Shown here: positions 53,201 through 62,200 of the stretch, piece after piece
How positions within the stretch are numbered: the first letter of the stretch is position 1
Layout: each line of letters begins with the position of its first letter
NCBI GenBank assembly: GCA_038998335.1
Contig: JAVZHQ010000001.1
Coordinates: 544,001-608,000 of the forward strand
Direction of reading: 5' to 3'
DNA: 64,000 nt
Origin: Candidatus Aenigmatarchaeota archaeon
GTDB lineage: Archaea > Aenigmatarchaeota > Aenigmatarchaeia > CG10238-14 > SCSR01
Notes under the pieces: generated by a model
Seen by the model: the letters and a program-made list of their open reading frames with translations, nothing else
What the model was told of the DNA's origin: nothing
Databases searched by the model: none
Translations under genes and position numbers: made by a program

Positions 53201-56200
53201 AACTTTCAAGAAAGGAGGTTATTATGGCTTTAGAATTAACTCAAGTAAAGAATATTACTATCCAAACTCGAGCTTGTTTGCTGATTGGGTTTACTTGAAC
53301 AACACTCCACCTCTCTATTCAAACCCAAGAGTTTCTCCTGGAACAGAAGGTTGGGGTTCCTACTTTAACTTTAGTATAGAAATTAACGATGCTCAGCAAG
53401 ATAATGTTACTTGTACTCTATTTACTTCAACAGATAATCAGCAAACTTGGGTTGAAAGAGGAAGTACAATAGTTTATGGTGGTATAGGCTTATGTAGCAT
53501 AAACGTTACTTTTGAGTGTAGCGATATAGGAGAAGATAATTGGTTTAAGTGGCAGTTAGATGATGGGACAAACGTTTTTAACATTTCAGCTGTTCAAGGA
53601 CCAAACATCACAGCAGATGATGTAATAATCTATTATATTTATGGAAATGAAACAAAAGTAAATAGAAGCGATAGTTCTATTGGTAATATTCAACTTTTAG
53701 TAGTTGGAGTTAACGATACTGACAGAAAAGTTCCAGCTAATGCTACAGTAACATTTTACGTAACAAAGGACGGTAACACTTTCTTGTACGAAAGTAATAT
53801 AACAAATTCAAGTGGAATAGCAACTTACTACTTTAACCCAGATTGTAACTATAACCCTGGCTTACAAAAATGGTATGCAGCAGTAACAGATTACTGCTAT
53901 TCTTACCAAAGAACTCAAAACTACAGTATAGAAATTTATGCAGATTTTGTTTATTCCCCATCAGCTTACAGACAAGGCTTTACTACTGATAAAACAATTT
54001 TACGCTCAGAGCAAAACGTTACTCTTGATGCAGGAAACCCAAACATTGCTGAAGAAATGACAATAAGAGATGATTGTGGAGGAGAAATTGATGTTGATTG
54101 GATAAGCATGCAAGCAATTCATAACTTAACCGGAGAAACTTATAGCTGCACTGAAATAATTAATCCTGCAGTAGGAATTTACAGATGCGCAAGAAATACA
54201 AGCGATATGAAAGCAAGGTGGTACGATGTTTTGGTTAGCGTTTCAAAAGAATATTTCAACAATAAATCAGTAAGAAAAACGCAAGAATTCTTCGTAGAAA
54301 CTAAGCCTGAACTAAGGAATTTAACCGTAAAATCAACTCAAGGAGGAGAAACAGGAGGATGGGGCGAGAGATTCTACTTTAACGTTACTGTTACTGATGA
54401 AGATTATGATTTTGTTAATGTTACTCTTTATGTGAGAAGGGTTGGCTCAACTTACTGGATACTAGCAAACAAAACAGACTTGGATTCACCAGTAATAAAC
54501 AGAACAATAACTTTAAGCTGGGTAAGAGAAACATGCGATGCAAGCCATTCAGACCCATATCCTCATGCTTGGGAGTTTAAGTTTAACGCAAGCGACGATC
54601 CAAACTATCCATTGCCTTACGAGGATATGTATGAAAGTACAATAGAGCCAGCAAACTTCTACTTGGAAAAAGACGATGTAAGCTTGCAGCTAATGAGTGG
54701 AAATAACGTTGAAGTTTGGAGGAACGGAACTGATTCAAAATTGCTAAGCTTAAAAGTAATAGATACAGACTTAAACAATTTGCCAGTAGGTTCAGGAGTT
54801 AACGGAAGCTTCTGGGTAACAACTAATGGGTTAATTTTTGCAGGACAAAAGATTTCTGAAACTGATGAATACGGAAACTTAACTTACAACTTCCCGCAAG
54901 ACTTGCCTTCTGGCCAAAACAAGTGTGATTTCAAGACAGGAATACAAAAATGGTTTGCAGGCGTTTATAACGATGCTTGCTATAAGGATAAAAACAGCAC
55001 AAACTATACTATAACAATAAAATCTTTGCTTTTGCCTTTAATTTACTATCCTTCAGGGCAAGGTTTCCTTAGAGGAGATAATGTTCCAGTTCAAGGTTTC
55101 TTAACAGATGAATGCAGCTATGTGGAAAATGCGACTGTAGTCTTTACCTTTATTCCTCAAGCTGGTTCGCCTTATCAGTGCACAATAACTGATAATAATG
55201 GTTGGATAGAAGGTGAAGGTTGGTATAATTGTACTAAGAATACTGCAGGAAAACCAAAAGGTTGGTACAACCTTAGCATGAGCACTAGTAAAACTTATTA
55301 TGCAAGCAATTCAACCCTCAAACCTTTTGCCTTCTTCTTAGGAGATAAGCCAGTTTTGAGCAACCCAAGGGTTGACCATTACACTGGAGGTTGGGGTGAG
55401 CAGTATACTTTTACTGTTACTTTCACTGATGCTGACTTGAACATAAACAACGTAAGCTTGTGGAAGAGTTATGATAATGTTACTTGGTACTTAGTTGAGA
55501 TGAAGCAAGTCCAAGGAATAGGAATAGACGTAAGCTTTACTCACAGGTTTACTTGCGAAGATTATGCAAAGCAAGCGCCTTACTTCTACTTCAAGTTTAA
55601 CACTACTGATCCCTTTGGCTTTACAGACGAAACAGCTTCAAGAAACATGACCTTGGAAAGAGATAACGTTACTTTAACCTTAAGCTTAGCAAGCAACTCA
55701 AGCGTGAGAAGAATAGGAGATAACTTTGCTTACTTAGAGTTTAGGATTTATGATACAGATTATCAAAACTATCCAAGCAATGCTAACGGAACTATTTGGG
55801 TGACAAAAGATGGCCTAAACTTTTCTGTTGCTTATGAGTGCACTTCCTCTCAAGGGTACTGCTCTGCTTTGCACAATCCAGATTGCGACTCTTCTGTTGG
55901 TTTACAATACTGGAAAGGAGGAATAGTAGAGAAAGATGGTTTTAGCTGCTACCAAGTTATCAATTCTTCAGTTTTCAACTTTACTGTTTACGGTCAGCTT
56001 AATATTTCAATAATTTCACCTGAACAAGGAAAAATATTGAACAGAGGAAAAACTCACAGCTTTAACGCAAGCGTTAAGAATGACTGTGGAGAAGAAGTAA
56101 ACGATGCAAGTATTAACTGGTACAACTCTTCCTGGCACTCCTTAGCTTCTGGTTATAATACAAGCTGGCTTGTTCCTATAACATACAAGCTTGGGCCTGA

Positions 56201-59200
56201 AACTATTTATTCAAACGTTTCAAGGCAATACTACGACGGAAACTACAACTTCAGCTCAGTCTACATTTATGGTTGGAGCGAAATAGACTCAATTTCTCCT
56301 GCCAATTCTTCAAGCTATGCTGCTGGCACACCAATAACAATAACTTGTCATGTGAGAGATTCTAATACTTCGCAACCAATACCAAACTATACTGTCAGCT
56401 TTTTGAAGAACGGAGAATCTTTGGAAAACGCAAGTACAGATTCACAAGGATATGCAAGCATAGTTTGGTACACTAACTTGGAAGGGGCAGGATGGTACAA
56501 CTTAACTTGCTTTATTGAAAGCAACTCAACTTTATACTATAATGCTACTTTAGCACAAATGGAAACTTGGATAAGGCTCAGCAGACCTTTACAAATTGAT
56601 CAAATAATTCCTCAATATCCTTGGGTTTATAGAAACGATTCTTTCACTCCTTACCAAACAAACATAAGCGTTCATGTTAGGGATGCTCAAATAGGGCATG
56701 CTAGCAACGCAAACATTAGCTTCTACAACTCAACTCATTTCTTATTCAGTTGCTTAACAAACTCAACAGGATGGTGCGAGCTAATTGACTTTAACCCACC
56801 AGACGATTACACTCCTTCACCTTATTGGATATACATAAACGCAACAAGGCCAGGAAATGAAGATTCTCTCACTAATTCAACTTCAATAACAGTTAAAGGA
56901 ATTTTATTTGTTAACATTACTTCACCACTAAACGAAAGTCTTCATCCAAAATCAGAAGCTATAGATTTAAGCGCAACTGTAATAAGTGAAAATGGAGAAA
57001 ACTCTTCTGTTCTTAACCCGACAGTTAAATGGTACAACGAAACTGCATTGCTTGCTGTAGGCTTAGAAGTAACTCTGCCTCAGCCAATAGTTGCTCAGCA
57101 AAGAACAGGACCTCATCAGCTTATGGCAATTGCAAGCAAAAGTTATTATGAAGATGGAAAATCAAACGTTAGTATAATAATAACTGGTTTAGCAGATGTT
57201 GTTTGGATTTCGCCAATAGGAATAACTCCCTATCCAGAAGAATTCTATCCAACTTGTTTGGTAAAAGATCATGAATCTGGAGCAGGAATTTCTGATTATG
57301 AGGTCAACTTTTCTTACAAGTGGGAACCTTCCTCTGAATTTATATTTAACGGAAGTTATACAACTAATTCTTCTGGTTATGCAAGTTATGTTTTTATTCC
57401 AACACAAAAAGGAAACATTACTTTTAATTGTTCTATAGGACCAAACGCTACTCAGTACTATTCACCAAACATAAAAGAAGCGATAGAAACGATTTGGGTA
57501 AAAGATATAAGCTTGCCAAAAATCTTTAACTTTTCTGTAATTCCAAACTCAAGCATAGAAGCAAACCTTAATCTTACTTACATAAACGCAACAATAATTG
57601 ACAATTATGCTGTAGAATCTGTCTGGGCAAACATTACTTTGCCGAATGGAAGCATAGTAATAGTTCCTATGAGCAATATAAGTGTGCCGGAAACAGGTTT
57701 TGGATTTTTCAGAGCAACTTATTCCGCAAGCTACCTTCCACCGATCGGAGGAGAGTATAACATAAGCGTTTATGCAAGAGATTATCCACCAGAATCTAAC
57801 GTTAATAGTACTTTTGTTGGTAACATAAGCGTTTGGGGGAAGATTTCTGGCTTGGTTGAGCAACTTCCTGCCAACATAGTAGCTTATAACATAACTCAAA
57901 CTCAAGGCTTTACTTTTGAAGTTTCTGTTAACTTTACTAACTTAGGACCAGCAACCGCTTATTCTGTTAACTTGACTCATGCAGAAGATCCTTTAGGTTC
58001 GCTAACTTATAATGAAAGCAGAAAAGAGTGTGGAACAGTTTATGCAGGACAAACCTGCTCTTGGGTTTTCAAAATAACTGTACCAGAAAAAACTTCTCCG
58101 CAGCTAATAAGAGCTTATACTATAGCTACATGGCAAAACCCTGATAAAACTGTTGAGCAAAAACTGAATGAAACATCAATAACAGTTTCTTCAAATCCTG
58201 TAATAGAGATTATTCCAAAGAGCATAAACAAAACAACTCCTCACGACTTGACAACTTATATTGGTAATATAACAACTTATGCCTCTGGAAATGATGAAGT
58301 AAGAGATGTTTCAATAAGCACAGTTGGAGGAAACCTTGCTTTTGATTGTCCACTTTGTGTTTTATCTATAATTCCAAACTCTTATGGCTTGCTTCCAGCA
58401 GGCGAAAGTTTTGTCTCAGATATAACGATAACAGTACCTGCAGGTCAAGCACCAGGAATTTACTGGACAAAAGTAAGAGCAAGCTCTAGTAATGCAGGCT
58501 ATGATGAAATGCTTCTCAACTTAACAATACCAATAAATACTTCTTGGATAAGAAGCCCAGAAAGCTTCGGTTATGTTTTACTTCCCTTAAACACAAGCGG
58601 AACCATAGGGAATATAACCGTAACAAACATAGGAAATGTAAAAATACCTTTCGAGATTCTTAAGTCTGGAAATGGAAGTATTTTTGTTACTGCTTATCCT
58701 TCAGGAGCAAAAGGAACAACTGCCTTTGACTTAGAAAAACAAGTTTCAAGAAACGTTAGTGTTGACTATTCAGTTCCTTGGAATGCTTATCAAGCAATTT
58801 ACACTGTAAACATAGTTATAAGAAACGTTACTTTTGCAAACCCACCTGAAAGAATAACAACAATAATACTTAACGTTACTGATGTCCCACCAACAATAAC
58901 TGACATAATAGTTGAGCCAAGAGTTTTTGAAATAGGTTTTGAAAACGTTACTATACAAGCAAAGATTACTGATAATTTTGCAGTGGATAAAGCATGGGTT
59001 AACATTACTTTACCAAACGGCTCAAGCTTTGTTCAGTTTATGGATTCCTTTGCTGGTTCAATCTACAACACAACTTATTCAAGCTTACAAGAAGGAATTC
59101 ATTTAATTAGAATATGTGCAAACGACACTCGCTCTTTAGAAGGATGCACTTCGCCAATAGAAGTTGAGGGTTCGGCAACTACAAGACTAGAAATAATTCC

Positions 59201-62200
59201 AAACATTACTCACATTTTAGCAAACGATATAACAATAGAGTATGGACAAAGCTTTGCCGTTAACATAACTTTGAATAATACTGGCGGCTCAAGAGCTTTT
59301 GATTCTAATTTAACCATAGATTCTGGTTTTATTTCAAGCGAACCAAGCTTCTTTGATTTTGGAACTATCTTGAAATGGAAATCAAAGTCAAACATAACTT
59401 TAATAAGCATACCGAACGGGACTGAAACAGGAATCTATTACATAAACTTGACAGCAAAATGGAAGAACTTGAACGAAACTTATAACTCAAGCTTTGCTCA
59501 AATTCTTGTAAACGTTACTCCAAACCCAAAGCTTAAAGTTATAGAAGAAAACATAACAAAAATAATTCCTCCAGGAGCAAAGGATAGTGTAAACATTACT
59601 CTCAAATCAATAGGAAATAAAAACGTTACAAATGTTGAAATAAACTGCACAAGAGGAATAGTTTGTCAAGACTTTAACGTTTCCTTTGAACCCAAAAACT
59701 TCACTTCAATACCGATTGGTGAAACAAGGCAAGTTAATGTAAGCTTTGAAGTTCCTCCAAACTACTTAGCAGGAACTCATAACGGAACAATAGAAATAAG
59801 ATGGGATTCTGAGTTTTACTTAGAGCTTCCTGTTTTCATAACAGTTCCTGTAAACATAACTTGGGAGCATAACCCGAAAGTTTTAAGCTCTTATGTTTTG
59901 CAAGATGATAAAGGATACTTTGGAAGCATAGATATAATAAACACAGGAAACTCAGAAATAGAGCTTGAGCTTATAAAAACAGGTGAAATAGCTCCTTATC
60001 TTAACTTGAGTGAAACAAGAATAGTTTTGCCTTACAACGGAATAAAAACAATTCATATAACCTATTCTTCACCTGACATTCAATTTGACAAAAACTACAC
60101 AGGAAAGATAATAAGCAACATAACAGGAAGTTTGAGAGAAAACGCAACAGAAAAGACAAGAGAGACTTTTGTAAGCATGTTTGTTTCTGTTTACAAGGTT
60201 AAGATAATAAGTCCAACAAGCTCTAATCCTATAATTGGAGTTGTTAATGGAAACGAAATTCTAGCAAAAGTTAACGTTACTGCAAACTCAAGCTTTGTTA
60301 CTCAAAACGTAAGCTTTAACGTTTCTATCTTTGATTATGAAAGAAAGGCAGAAGCTTTTGTTAGCTCTGCTTATTACAACTCAACTGAAAAGCTATGGTT
60401 TGTTAGGTTTATAGCTCCTGATTTAGAGGAAGCAAGAGTTTATAACTTAAACATAACCGCAAGCTACAATGGAACAAGGTATTTAGTGAGAAGTGATGTA
60501 GAAAATGATTCAATAGTTTATCGCGACACTCAAGCTCCTTTAATAGAGCTAATTACTCCTGTAAGAATACCTGCAAACTCTACAGTTAGAGTTTTGGTTA
60601 ACGTTACAGAAAGCGGAGGAATCAAGAATGTAAGCGGAGAAATAACTTATCCTGACAACACAACCCAAAACATAAGCTTTACTTTAATCTCAAGAATCAA
60701 GGATAATTACTTGTTTGAGTATAACTTGACAAACACTTCAAGCCTAGGAAATTACACAATATCAGCTTTTGTTTGTGACTTAAGCGAAAATTGCAACTCT
60801 GCTTCAAAATCTTTTGAAATCTATCCTGTTGCTATATTTTCAGGCTATGCTAAGGACTTGGAACAAATTTCTGAACCTGCCTTAAGAGTTAACTTCAAGT
60901 TTTACGATCAAGGAAGTGAAACAATAAGGTTTGACTTTAACTCAAACGCAACCGATGGCTATTACAACGAAACTATAGATATGAAAACTTATGATTTGAA
61001 AATAAGCTTGCTTGAACCTACTTTTAGCCATCAAATTCTTTTGTACAACTTGACCATAGCTACAGATTATTTCAACCCAATAGTTTTTGGTAATGTTCCT
61101 AACGTGAGAACAACGAGCTCAGCAGTAAAAGGAGTTTATCTTAACACTGTCTTAAGACCAGCTTACTTTATACTTAAAATCAACTTTTCTGATTGTGTTT
61201 TAGGTTTATGTAACGTTCCTATTCATGACCCAAACAAGCTTGGAATTTATAAGTATGGTGGAAACTGGACACCAAAAGTTTCTACTGCCCAAAACACTAA
61301 TTGGGTGAGAATTACTAACAGAGAAATGGACAACTCAGATAAGTCAGTAAACTTAACTGATTACACTGTTACAGTAAACTTAAGTGATATAAGAGGAGTT
61401 TATATTCTTGCAGAATTTATTTGTGGGAATGGAGAATGCGAATCTGAAGCAGGAGAAAGCACTAGTAATTGCCCAATAGATTGCCCAGCAATACCTCCTG
61501 CTCCTCAAGTTCCGATTTACATTCCACCTACAATTCCACCAATAGTAGGAGGACCTGGTGGACCAGGAGGACCTGGAGCAGGTCCTGCTGCTCCTCCTGT
61601 AGCCTTAGTTCCCTTGGAAGTAAAAACTACTTTGATAGAAACAACTCTTACTCCTGGTGAAGAAAAAGTATTTTCTATTGACGTGACTAACAACTTAGAC
61701 ACAGCTACAAACGTAAGAATTACTGTAGAAGGTCCTGTCTTTCAACTTTTAACAGTTCAGAAGCCTACGTTTACTGTCGCTCCTAAATCTACTGAAGTTA
61801 CTGCTGTAAGAGCTTATGCTCCTCCAAGAATTGCACCAGGAATTTACACTGGCGATCTAGTGGTTACTGCAGGGAATATTGTTCATAGGACTCCTGTAAC
61901 CATAGTTGTGCAACAAGTTCCTGAACCTTTGCTTGACGTGAGCGTAAAAATACTTTCAAAAGCAATCAACCCAGGAACAAACCTTACTTTTGAGGTTAAG
62001 CTTATAAACATGGGCCCAACTGCTAAGGTTGAAGATATAACAGTAACTTACACTGTTAAGCCACTAAACGAAGATAGAATAATAGCAACTTCAAAAGAAA
62101 CTCTTGCAGTAGAGACAGAAAAAACTTATGTGAGAAGTTTGGAAATTCCTTCTGACACACCAGAAGGAAGGTATGTCTTAGAAGTTAACGCAAGCTATTG

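Noticed and set aside
33780-56300. Repeat array as an assembly artefact or CRISPR array
   Set aside because: Units are strongly diverged at DNA level and in frame; no short identical repeats with spacers and no cas genes were seen in the window
30422-61702. Many 60-120 aa ORFs within or antisense to the giant gene
   Set aside because: Shadow ORFs without recognisable motifs, fully overlapped by a coherent CDS
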